From positions 1 to 27,007 of IMG/VR virus record IMGVR_UViG_3300020042_010878: a stretch of 27,007 nucleotides of DNA; one strand, written 5' to 3'. The notes under the pieces were generated by a model. The model made no database searches. It saw nothing but the letters and a program-made list of their open reading frames with translations, and had not been told where the DNA came from. How positions within the stretch are numbered: the stretch's first letter is position 1; every line of letters begins with the position of its first letter. Below, one piece after another: positions 1-8,106 of the stretch. The position numbers and the translations under genes were made by a program. The stretch comes from a virus (taxonomy: Duplodnaviria > Caudoviricetes).

Positions 1-51
1 GCTGCTGCTGACGTAGTAGAACTCAAGAGCCTTGTGGGAGTGATGACATGA
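1..51 (+). CDS. 3' end of upstream gene (partial), possibly a tail-fibre assembly-type protein
   Basis: Open frame AAADVVELKSLVGVMT* whose TGA overlaps the ATG at 48 (ATGA coupling); GGAG at 37-40 serves the next gene. Confidence 0.5.
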   Translation, partial: AAADVVELKSLVGVMT

Positions 52-1163
52 GTACCGTAAAAGCTACTAACTTCCAGAACGCCTCATCTGCTACCGTCAA
101 CATGGTAACAGATGCCAGTGGTAATTTAGCATTTGGTAACAACATAACTGTGGCTGGAAACACTACAATCACTGGTAGCCTTGTCCCGTCCTCGTCATTT
201 CTACGCAACCGCATCATCAACGGGGATATGTTGATTGATCAGCGTAATGCTGGGGCGAGTGTTAGTGCAGCAGGACAATACACACTAGATAGATGGGTTG
301 TTCCTACAACTCTTGGTTCTAAATTTACAGTTCAACAAAGCGCAGGAGCAGTTACTCCTCCAACAGGATTTGGAGCTTATTTAGGAGCAACTTCTTCTTC
401 TGCCTATGCCGTATTAACGGGAGATATTTTTGCTATCTCTCAATATATTGAAGCAATTAATTTTTACGATTTAGCATGGGGGACAGCATCAGCCGCAACT
501 GTTACTTTATCTTTTTGGGTGCGTTCTTCTTTAACAGGCACATTTGGTGGTGCGTTTCAAAACTCCGCTCAAAATCGTTCTTACCCATTTAGCTACACTA
601 TATCTGTTGCAAATACTTGGGAACAAAAATCAATAACTGTTGCTGGTGATACATCAGGAACATGGATAGGTGCAACAAACGGCGTTGGCGTAAGAGTATA
701 TTTTTCAGTTGGTACAGGAGCCACGTATAGTGGAACTGCTGGAGCATGGGTTGGTTCTCAACTTTACTCAGTTACAGGTGCAACATCAGTTGTAGGCACT
801 AACGGTGCTACCTTATACATCACAGGCGTACAGCTTGAGGTTGGCACAGTCGCCACACCATTTGAGCGGACGTTGTACAATGATCAGTTAGCGCAGTGTC
901 AAAGGTATTTCCAGTTAATGGACATGGGTTATGTTTACGGTTATGCACCTTCTGGAAATCAAATTACAAGTAATTACACTTTCCCTGTAGCAATGCGGAC
1001 GACAGCCACTATTGCGGTAGTTACAAATCCAACATTTGGATCAGGCACGGCTGTTACATCTTATCAAGCTACGTCAAGAATGACTGCTTTTTTTATGACA
1101 TCTAATGCTGGCCCATATGCAACATGGACTGGTGGTCAATTTTCATCATCAGCGGAGTTGTAA
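48..1163 (+). CDS. Tail fibre / receptor-binding protein with carbohydrate-binding-like domain
   Basis: 371 aa, rich in G/S/T/A/V; motifs RNRIINGDMLIDQR, YTLDRW, TLSFWVRSS and ITGVQLEVGTVATPFE...LAQCQRYF are typical of fibre proteins in uncultured aquatic phages. Confidence 0.8.
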   Translation: MSTVKATNFQNASSATVNMVTDASGNLAFGNNITVAGNTTITGSLVPSSSFLRNRIINGDMLIDQRNAGASVSAAGQYTLDRWVVPTTLGSKFTVQQSAGAVTPPTGFGAYLGATSSSAYAVLTGDIFAISQYIEAINFYDLAWGTASAATVTLSFWVRSSLTGTFGGAFQNSAQNRSYPFSYTISVANTWEQKSITVAGDTSGTWIGATNGVGVRVYFSVGTGATYSGTAGAWVGSQLYSVTGATSVVGTNGATLYITGVQLEVGTVATPFERTLYNDQLAQCQRYFQLMDMGYVYGYAPSGNQITSNYTFPVAMRTTATIAVVTNPTFGSGTAVTSYQATSRMTAFFMTSNAGPYATWTGGQFSSSAEL

Positions 1164-1334
1164 ATGTATAAGCACACCATAGACCCAGTTACAAAAACAA
1201 CAAATCAAACGCAGATTTTGCGTTTATCTGACGGTGCATGGATTCCCTTTGACCCCGCCAACACCGACTACCAAGCCTATCTGGCATGGTTAGCCGAGGG
1301 CAACACACCACTACCCGCTGACGAACCCGAGTAA
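1164..1334 (+). CDS. Small tail-fibre-associated (assembly chaperone-like) protein, 56 aa; absent from ORF track
   Basis: ATG directly follows the fibre stop; [56 protein letters not shown]; the [23 protein letters not shown] motif commonly follows such fibres. Confidence 0.8.
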   Translation: MYKHTIDPVTKTTNQTQILRLSDGAWIPFDPANTDYQAYLAWLAEGNTPLPADEPE

Positions 1335-1346
1335 TGGAAAACTAAA

Positions 1347-1673
1347 ATGACAATTTCGTATTTTTGGGGAATCAACTCAATGGAATCCTACCCTCAAGCT
1401 GAGGGCCAAACGGACGTTGTCATAAAAGTCAATTATTCTTGCACAGCAACAGATGAAACGTATTCTGCCGCAGTTGTAGGAATAACGAGTTTGAAATTAG
1501 ACCCTGCTGTTCCTTATACCCCTTACCCTGAATTGACAGAAGAGCAAGTCGTCGGGTGGGTAAAAGTCGTTCTTGGAGAAGAGGGCGTTCAAGAACAACA
1601 AAACAGTGCCGAGCAAACGCTTGCTTATCGTTTTTATAATCCCGTCACTCTGCCAAATCCTTGGAGCGCGTGA
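1347..1673 (+). CDS. Conserved tail-region protein (DUF7936-like)
   Basis: 108 aa; W-x-I...DVVIKVNYSC...YTPYPELTEEQVVGWV...LPNPW pattern typical of fibre-adjacent phage proteins. Confidence 0.65.
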   Translation: MTISYFWGINSMESYPQAEGQTDVVIKVNYSCTATDETYSAAVVGITSLKLDPAVPYTPYPELTEEQVVGWVKVVLGEEGVQEQQNSAEQTLAYRFYNPVTLPNPWSA

Positions 1674-1912
1674 TGACCATTGACCTTCAATTCATCGCAA
1701 ACCTTGCCGCGATTGTGGTGTTCGGAGTTATCGGGTATTTCTACCGTCAGTTGGTGAGTGATATTCAAAAGCTCTCGTCCACGATCAATGACATGAAGGT
1801 TGACATGCCAACGAACTACGTTCGGAAAGATGAGCTTTCAACGCACATGGTTCGCATTGAAAACATGCTAAATAAGATTTTTGACAAGCTCGACAACAAG
1901 GTGGATAAATAA
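1673..1912 (+). CDS. Single-TM membrane protein with coiled-coil C-terminus
   Basis: TGATG coupling at 1671-1675; hydrophobic FIANLAAIVVFGVIGYFY followed by heptads ending KIFDKLDNKVDK. Confidence 0.7.
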   Translation: MTIDLQFIANLAAIVVFGVIGYFYRQLVSDIQKLSSTINDMKVDMPTNYVRKDELSTHMVRIENMLNKIFDKLDNKVDK

Positions 1913-1913
1913 C

Positions 1914-2894
1914 ATGGCCATTTCATACACTTCAAACAAAAACATTCAGATTCCTGCGTTGAATGATTTGAACTGGAACGTTCCACTCAATTCAAACTTT
2001 ACTGAATTGGATCAACTTTTAGGTTCTTCTTTCCCTATTTCTATCGGGACGGGGACAACGGTTGCTTTGACTTCTGCAACAGCGGCAGTTTCAAGCGTTT
2101 ATTGGTATTCGGCACAACAGCTTGTTGTTACATCAACTGGAAATTTAATAGCGAACGCGATAATAACTCTCCCTGCAAACATCACTGGCACGGGCACGAT
2201 GGGCGGGTCGTGGATTGTTATCAATAACATAACAAGCGCACAAGCCGGAATTTACACTTTGACTGTTAAACCAGCGAGCGGAACTGGAGTTATAATCAAA
2301 CCTGAAAAACAGGCTATTATTTTTTATGATGGAACAACTGTAGAATATGCTGACACGAATCTGTTAACCCAACTTGATACAGTTGATGGATCATTAACGG
2401 TAGCTGGGGCGACAACATTAAATGGGACAGCAACATTAAATGGTGCGACAGCAATTAATAGTACTGCAACGATTTCTGGCGCAACAACAATTAATAATAC
2501 AATAAATTTTACAGATAAAATTGGGCTTAATGGGAGTTATGGTACTTCCGGCCAAGTTTTAACATCAGCAGGAGCCTCTGCCGACCCAACATGGTCAACA
2601 ATAACTTCTGGGATTGGCGTAAGTCAAACATGGCAAACTGTTACAAGATCTCTTGCAACATCTTATACGAATTCAACAGGAAAACCAATAATGGTAAGTA
2701 TTTCAGCAGGTTATAATAATAATAGTAAAATGTCTTTAACTGTTGGAGGAGTTGTCGTTTCTACTAATGGTAATTCATCTCAATATGTTACTTTTGGCTG
2801 TTGCCAAGCTATTGTTCCAGATGGGACCACTTACCAAGCAGACATAACTGGTTCTCTTTACGGCGGACTTTTTCAATGGGTCGAATTACGTTAA
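1914..2894 (+). CDS. Second tail fibre / spike protein
   Basis: ATG at 1914 right after the previous stop; N-terminal anchor WNVPLNSNF; 6-aa shaft repeats; GTSGQVLTSAG motif; C-terminal GIGVSQTWQTVTR...YTNSTGKPIMV...W.ELR tip domain. Confidence 0.75.
   Translation: MAISYTSNKNIQIPALNDLNWNVPLNSNFTELDQLLGSSFPISIGTGTTVALTSATAAVSSVYWYSAQQLVVTSTGNLIANAIITLPANITGTGTMGGSWIVINNITSAQAGIYTLTVKPASGTGVIIKPEKQAIIFYDGTTVEYADTNLLTQLDTVDGSLTVAGATTLNGTATLNGATAINSTATISGATTINNTINFTDKIGLNGSYGTSGQVLTSAGASADPTWSTITSGIGVSQTWQTVTRSLATSYTNSTGKPIMVSISAGYNNNSKMSLTVGGVVVSTNGNSSQYVTFGCCQAIVPDGTTYQADITGSLYGGLFQWVELR
2406..2513 (+). repeat. 18-nt / 6-aa degenerate tandem repeats in fibre shaft
   Basis: GATTLN GTATLN GATAIN STATIS GATTIN NTINFT. 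Confidence 0.7.
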
Positions 2895-2916
2895 TTTAAA
2901 CTAACAGGAATTTATA

Positions 2917-2961
2917 GTGGATCCTTTTACGCTCCTTGTTTATCTCACGGCGCACAAATGA
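2917..2961 (+). pseudogene. 14-codon mini-ORF, possible internally deleted gene
   Basis: AGGA RBS-like site at about 2906, GTG start, MDPFTLLVYLTAHK*, with TGA overlapping the ATG of the next gene. Confidence 0.4.
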
Positions 2962-3140
2962 AGTACATGTTGGCGGCTGCATTTTTGGTTTTGTCAGGGT
3001 GCGAAGATCGCTACCGCTACCCATGCCAAGACCCGAAGAACTGGGACGCGCCTGAATGCAACCCGCCTATCTGCACCGCCTCTGGAACCTGTTCCGCAGA
3101 CACCCTGAAACAAAACCCTTGCGGAGCAGTTGCGCGATGA
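2958..3140 (+). CDS. Cys-rich lipoprotein in the lysis region
   Basis: Signal peptide with lipobox LSG-C15, then EDRYRYPCQDP and five further Cys. Confidence 0.75.
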   Translation: MKYMLAAAFLVLSGCEDRYRYPCQDPKNWDAPECNPPICTASGTCSADTLKQNPCGAVAR

Positions 3141-3394
3141 GGATCAAAGAAGACGAACTCCATGCGCTTCTCCAATTTATCATTGGCATCAGCCTGTGCC
3201 TGACCCTGACAGGAACGGTGTTTGCCGTGTTGTACAGCTTGATTTTTGTGGTGCAGCCAATTGACGGGCAAGCACCAAACGACCAAGAGTTTTTCAAGTT
3301 GATTGCTCCGATCGCAACCTTCCTGACAGGAACGTTGTCGGGCATTATGTTGGGTTCTAAATCTACAGGAGGTAAGGACGATGGATCTGCTTAA
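3137..3394 (+). CDS. Two-TM membrane protein (holin/antiholin-like candidate)
   Basis: ATGA overlap at 3137-3140; two hydrophobic segments separated by QPIDGQAPNDQEFF. Confidence 0.7.
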   Translation: MRIKEDELHALLQFIIGISLCLTLTGTVFAVLYSLIFVVQPIDGQAPNDQEFFKLIAPIATFLTGTLSGIMLGSKSTGGKDDGSA

Positions 3395-3908
3395 AACATT
3401 TGGCCCATTGCTTGGGTCGGTCGCTCCAACCTTGGCAACCGCCTTGGGCGGTCCTTTGGCGGGTATGGCAACGAAGGCGTTGTCTATGGCGTTGCTCGGC
3501 AACGAGGACGGGTTGGAGGACGATATACGGGCGTCCTTGCTTACTGCCTCGCCTGAGCAACTTGCATCTGTCAAAAAAATTGACGCCGACTTCAAAGTCC
3601 AAATGAAAAGCCTTGATATTGATCTCGAGGCACTTGCGGTGGACGATCGCAAATCGGCAAGAGATATGCAAAAAGAAGTTAAAGACTGGATTCCTCGGGC
3701 TTTGGCGATCAGCGTCACGCTCGGATATTTCGGGATTATTGCATACGTTTTGGTTAGCGGGTTGCCGTTGAACGGGTCTGAAGTTTTGCTTATGTTGCTT
3801 GGCACTTTATCTGCCGGATGGACAGGCGTTATGGCTTTTTACTTTGGCTCTTCGTCTGGTTCGCAGAAGAAAGATGCTATGATCTACAATTCAACACCGA
3901 AAGAATGA
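3381..3908 (+). CDS. Holin, 3TM (gene-transfer-agent-type) family
   Basis: APTLATALGGPLAG N-terminus, DRKSARDMQ, C-terminal TMs ending FYFGSS; directly upstream of the endolysin; GGAGG RBS. Confidence 0.75.
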   Translation: MDLLKTFGPLLGSVAPTLATALGGPLAGMATKALSMALLGNEDGLEDDIRASLLTASPEQLASVKKIDADFKVQMKSLDIDLEALAVDDRKSARDMQKEVKDWIPRALAISVTLGYFGIIAYVLVSGLPLNGSEVLLMLLGTLSAGWTGVMAFYFGSSSGSQKKDAMIYNSTPKE

Positions 3909-3911
3909 GCC

Positions 3912-4424
3912 ATGAAAGACAATTTTGAAGAATCACTCGCCCATGTTTTGAAATCGGAGGGTGGATACGTCGATCACCCCAAAGACCCAGGAGGAGCGAC
4001 AAATTTAGGCTGCACCAAGAAAGTCTGGGAAGAATGGGTCGGCCATGAGGTAACCAAAGATGACATTAAAGCCCTCACAGTCGCCGATGTCGCCCCGCTC
4101 TACAAAGCAAAGTACTGGGACAAGTGCCGCTGTGATGACCTCCCGCATGGTGTGGATTTTGCTACTTTTGATTTGGCTATTAATAGCGGTCCTGCTCGCG
4201 CCTCCAAGTTTCTTCAAAATGCTTGTGGTGTGGTTGCTGATGGGGCTATCGGCCCTGCTACACTTGCCGCTGTAGCAAAAATGAACCCGCGTGAATTGGC
4301 ATCCAAGATCTGCGAGGATCGGTTGGCTTTCTTGCAAGCATTGCCAACTTGGGGTACATTCGGCAAAGGATGGGGTCGTCGCGTGGCCGAAGTCGAAAAG
4401 ACCGCTTTCAACATGGTAGGCTGA
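3912..4424 (+). CDS. Endolysin, glycoside hydrolase family 108 with C-terminal peptidoglycan-binding domain
   Basis: EGGYVDHPKDPGGATNLG catalytic motif; FDLAINSG; DGAIGPATL; FGKGWGRRV. Confidence 0.93.
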   Translation: MKDNFEESLAHVLKSEGGYVDHPKDPGGATNLGCTKKVWEEWVGHEVTKDDIKALTVADVAPLYKAKYWDKCRCDDLPHGVDFATFDLAINSGPARASKFLQNACGVVADGAIGPATLAAVAKMNPRELASKICEDRLAFLQALPTWGTFGKGWGRRVAEVEKTAFNMVG

Positions 4425-4425
4425 C

Positions 4426-5142
4426 ATGGTCGGATTAACATACGCAACCTACGTTGAACAAATTGCCACGATGGCGGTTGTACAAGAAACTGATCCAAAT
4501 TACCTCACCATTGTTCCATCAATGATTGATTATGCCGAGTTGCGAATGCAACGCGATTTGGATTTTCTTTCGACGCAGATTAGCAATTCGTCTTATGCAT
4601 TCGTTTCCGGCAACAGCACGTTGACGATCCCGACATCATCATTTGTATCTTTGCAAACTTTTGAGGTAATTGACGGGCTAGGAAATTCAACTCCGTTATT
4701 GCCGATTGGAAAAGAATATATTCAAAACGTTTATGGCTCCGGTTCAACGGCTTCTTTGCCAAAATACTTTGCCGTTTATGGCGGCGACTCCGCGACGACT
4801 GGCAAAGTATCGCAAAATATTATTGTTGGGCCAATCCCAGATGTTGCATATTCAGTTCGGTTAACTGGGACAGTTCGTTCGGATCCTTTGTCCGCAGCAA
4901 ACACCACAACGTTCATCAGCGTTTATCTGCCGGATTTGTTCATCATGGCGTCAATGATTTACATTTCCGCATATCAGCGCAACTTTGGCCGACAGTCCGA
5001 CGACCCTCAGATGGCTCAAAGCTACGAAAGCCAATACCAAGCTCTCAAGGCGAGTGCGTTGGTCGAAGAAAACCGCAAGAAGTTCGAGGCGGCGGCTTGG
5101 ACAGCCTATTCACCATCCCCTGTCGCTTCCCCAACGAGGTAA
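4426..5142 (+). CDS. Head-tail adaptor / tail tubular protein A-like
   Basis: 238 aa; IDYAELRMQRDL, PKYFA, VGPIPD..Y.V, PDLF..ASM and YESQYQ motifs; position upstream of the nozzle-like gene. Confidence 0.65.
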   Translation: MVGLTYATYVEQIATMAVVQETDPNYLTIVPSMIDYAELRMQRDLDFLSTQISNSSYAFVSGNSTLTIPTSSFVSLQTFEVIDGLGNSTPLLPIGKEYIQNVYGSGSTASLPKYFAVYGGDSATTGKVSQNIIVGPIPDVAYSVRLTGTVRSDPLSAANTTTFISVYLPDLFIMASMIYISAYQRNFGRQSDDPQMAQSYESQYQALKASALVEENRKKFEAAAWTAYSPSPVASPTR

Positions 5143-5148
5143 CCTTCC

Positions 5149-7749
5149 ATGCCTCATTCAACGATGAAGCTGATTCCTGGTATTGATACCTACAAAACAC
5201 CTGCCTTGAACGAGGCGGCGTTTTCAGAGTCTCAGCTTATTCGTTTTGTGCCTGACAGATCAGGCATGGGTCTTGTTCAGAAAATGGGCGGTTGGGTTGA
5301 GTGGTCAACTCAAGGGCCAATTCAAGACACTATTATGGATATCCACCCTTGGCAAAATTTGGTCGGGGATGCGGCTCTTGCTGTTGGGGCGGAAAATAGT
5401 ATTACTGTTATTGATGAAGCGAGCAGAAACGAAAACGTTATTACTCCTCAGAAAATAACTTCTGATTCTCCAAAAAGCACATACACCGTAACAATAACAA
5501 ACGCGACTCCGGCAGTCGTAACCGCGACAGGAAGCTCTTACCCTCCAGGAACCCCGATTGTATTTTCCACAACAGGCACTTTGCCTTCTCCGCTTGCTGT
5601 GAATACGGTTTATTATGTTGCGTCAACTTCTCCAACGCCAACAGCGAACACTTTTGGCGTGTCAACTACGGTTGGCGGGACTGGCATCGCAACAACCACG
5701 GCAGGAAGTGGCGTTCATACGGTGACCGTTCCGCTTGCCTCGACCACGAGTGGGTCATCCATCGTCACCATTTACGACACTGGGTTGGGAGTTCAGTCTG
5801 TTTCATTTACCAATGGGTCGCCGACCGTGGTCACAGCTGCTGTTGCGCCAACCCTCGACACAAACGTGGTGTTTTATGGCACGTCGCTCCCCACAGGAGT
5901 CACGCAAGGCACGACCTATTATGCTCAACCTTTGACTGCCACAACATTCAATATTTCGACAACGACTTTTGCGAGCGGCACGCTAACCCTTGTCAACACG
6001 ACATCGACAGGGACAGGTACGGTTTACACCCCAGACCAGTTGAGAGCAGGGTTTTCTTCTTTTATTAAAACGCCAATCAGCGTATCAAATTTGATTGTGA
6101 GCGGGGTTTATTCAATTCAAACTTATACTGCAAGTTTGTATTTTAACGTTTATACAATTGATGTTGGGGTCGTTGCAACTTCGACAACAAACATTTCAAC
6201 AATTCCGGAGTTTGATCCTGATTCAGGATTTTCAACAATTGTCGTAACTCAAGCCAATCACCCGTATCAAGATGGTTTCACGGCGACGTTTCTCACGTCA
6301 ACGACCTCTGCGGGTGTAACGATTTATGGCAATTATTTTACGACATATATAAGCTCAACCCAATATCAAATAACAGCTTCGTCCGCCGCGACGAGTAGCA
6401 CTGCATTTTTTATGAATTTGGGCAGTGCAGAATTTGATTATTATTACAACATTCCATCATCCTTCGCCGCTTTGGGTTATGGCTCTGGCGGATATGGCGG
6501 AGGAGGTTTTGGGGCAGGGATTCCACTTAGCTATCCTTCTGCACCGACAATAACGACCACCAATTGGACGATTAACAATTTTGGCGAGATTCTTACTGCA
6601 AACGTTCAAAACGGAGAGATTTACTACTGGTCGCCAACCTCCAACACAACAACCATGTTTTTGCTGGAAACAGCACCAGTTTCAAACACAGGCCATTTCA
6701 TTGCGATGCCTTCGAGGCAAATCGTGGCTTACGGTTCAACCGTGACAGGCATTCATGACCCGTTGCTGATCCGTTGGTCAGACGCAGGAGATGCAACCGT
6801 TTGGCAAGCCGCCGCAAATAATCAAGCTGGCTCTTTTCGAATTGCAGAAGGTAGCGCAATCATTGGCGGAATTCAGGCTTCTCAACAGGCTTTGATTTGG
6901 ACAGACCTTGCTCTTTGGGCAATGCAATACATTGGCTATCCGAATGTGTTTGGGTTCAACAAGCTCGCAGACGGAGTTGGGTTGATTGCGCAAAAGGCGG
7001 TTGGTATTCTTGGGAGATCAACATATTGGATGTCTCCTGGAGGATTCAACGTTTTAACTGATGGTGGTCCGCAGGATATTGCTTGTCCTGTTTGGGATCA
7101 AATATTCCAAAACTTGAACACCAGTTTGGATCCAAACGGGTTGCCTTACACCAATTTGATTCAGTGCGCCACGAACTCTATTTTCGACGAAGTGATGTGG
7201 TATTACCCATCTGCAAATTCAACGTATAACAACTCATACGTTAAATATAACACCATAATCCAATCATGGGATTACGGGTTGTTGGATCGTGCCGCTTGGT
7301 GCGATCAATCTGTTCTTGGTTCGCCGCTCGGAGCGGACAATGATGGCTACATCTGGCAACATGAAATTGGTTACGACGCTGGCAATTCACCAATGGTGTC
7401 GTCATTTGAAACGGGTTACATGCAATTGAATGATGCGGACAACTTGATTTTTATTGATCAAGTTTGGCCTGATTTTAAATGGCAAACAACCGAGCAACAA
7501 TCGACTGGCTCTACGACTTCTGCAAAAGTTTATTTGACTTTTTATGGGGCGGATTATCCAGGAGATACTCCTGTTCAATATGGCCCATATGAAATGAATT
7601 TAACCACGCAGTATTTGAGCGTCAGAATTCGGAATCGTTTGTTGCGCATTTCATGCTCCACAGCGGACGCAAATGGAGTTGCGCTGAACGCAACATTTTT
7701 CCGGATTGGCGCACTGCGTTACCGTGCTCAAATTGATGGGAAATTCTGA
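5149..7749 (+). CDS. Tail nozzle / tubular protein B-like (stabilization-type) protein with Thr-rich inserted domains
   Basis: 866 aa; beta-propeller-like C-terminal half (DPLLIRWSD, NQAGSFRI, LIWTDLALWAMQYIG, EVMWYYPS, WDYG.L.R.AW.D); follows the adaptor gene. Confidence 0.7.
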   Translation: MPHSTMKLIPGIDTYKTPALNEAAFSESQLIRFVPDRSGMGLVQKMGGWVEWSTQGPIQDTIMDIHPWQNLVGDAALAVGAENSITVIDEASRNENVITPQKITSDSPKSTYTVTITNATPAVVTATGSSYPPGTPIVFSTTGTLPSPLAVNTVYYVASTSPTPTANTFGVSTTVGGTGIATTTAGSGVHTVTVPLASTTSGSSIVTIYDTGLGVQSVSFTNGSPTVVTAAVAPTLDTNVVFYGTSLPTGVTQGTTYYAQPLTATTFNISTTTFASGTLTLVNTTSTGTGTVYTPDQLRAGFSSFIKTPISVSNLIVSGVYSIQTYTASLYFNVYTIDVGVVATSTTNISTIPEFDPDSGFSTIVVTQANHPYQDGFTATFLTSTTSAGVTIYGNYFTTYISSTQYQITASSAATSSTAFFMNLGSAEFDYYYNIPSSFAALGYGSGGYGGGGFGAGIPLSYPSAPTITTTNWTINNFGEILTANVQNGEIYYWSPTSNTTTMFLLETAPVSNTGHFIAMPSRQIVAYGSTVTGIHDPLLIRWSDAGDATVWQAAANNQAGSFRIAEGSAIIGGIQASQQALIWTDLALWAMQYIGYPNVFGFNKLADGVGLIAQKAVGILGRSTYWMSPGGFNVLTDGGPQDIACPVWDQIFQNLNTSLDPNGLPYTNLIQCATNSIFDEVMWYYPSANSTYNNSYVKYNTIIQSWDYGLLDRAAWCDQSVLGSPLGADNDGYIWQHEIGYDAGNSPMVSSFETGYMQLNDADNLIFIDQVWPDFKWQTTEQQSTGSTTSAKVYLTFYGADYPGDTPVQYGPYEMNLTTQYLSVRIRNRLLRISCSTADANGVALNATFFRIGALRYRAQIDGKF

Positions 7750-8099
7750 TGGCAAGTCTTGACGACATCCTCACCACCCAGAAAAACGGCGTCATTGCGA
7801 TTGGCGAATACCCAAGCGCATTGGCAAAGTTTGCAGGGACGAATAGCACAAAAGAAATTCCAGCGGCGACAACTCGACAAATAAAAGCTGGCAGTGGTTG
7901 GTTTGCCAACGTTTCTGTTATTGTAGCGGGAACAACAACCGGAATCGTCTACGATTCATCAAATATTAACTCTCTAACAGGTTTAAGAATTTACATCGTC
8001 CCCAACACAGTTGGCGTTTTTCAAGTCCAAATCCCGTTTGCTGACGGCCTTGTAATCACCACTGGAACAGGGCAGGTTGCTTCTGTCACTTATACGTGA
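7749..8099 (+). CDS. Small virion structural protein
   Basis: 116 aa, TGATG-coupled, beta-rich C-terminal domain. Confidence 0.6.
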   Translation: MASLDDILTTQKNGVIAIGEYPSALAKFAGTNSTKEIPAATTRQIKAGSGWFANVSVIVAGTTTGIVYDSSNINSLTGLRIYIVPNTVGVFQVQIPFADGLVITTGTGQVASVTYT

Positions 8100-8106
8100 G
8101 GTCGTT

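Noticed and set aside
48-2894. Diversity-generating retroelement targeting the tail fibres
   Set aside because: No reverse transcriptase and no template/variable repeat pair seen in the window; cannot be excluded elsewhere in the genome
3017-3805. 262-aa minus-strand ORF and other long antisense ORFs (e.g. 10402-10986, 13736-14215, 23344-23823, 26340-26913)
   Set aside because: Shadow frames of well-supported genes on the opposite strand, with no recognisable motifs
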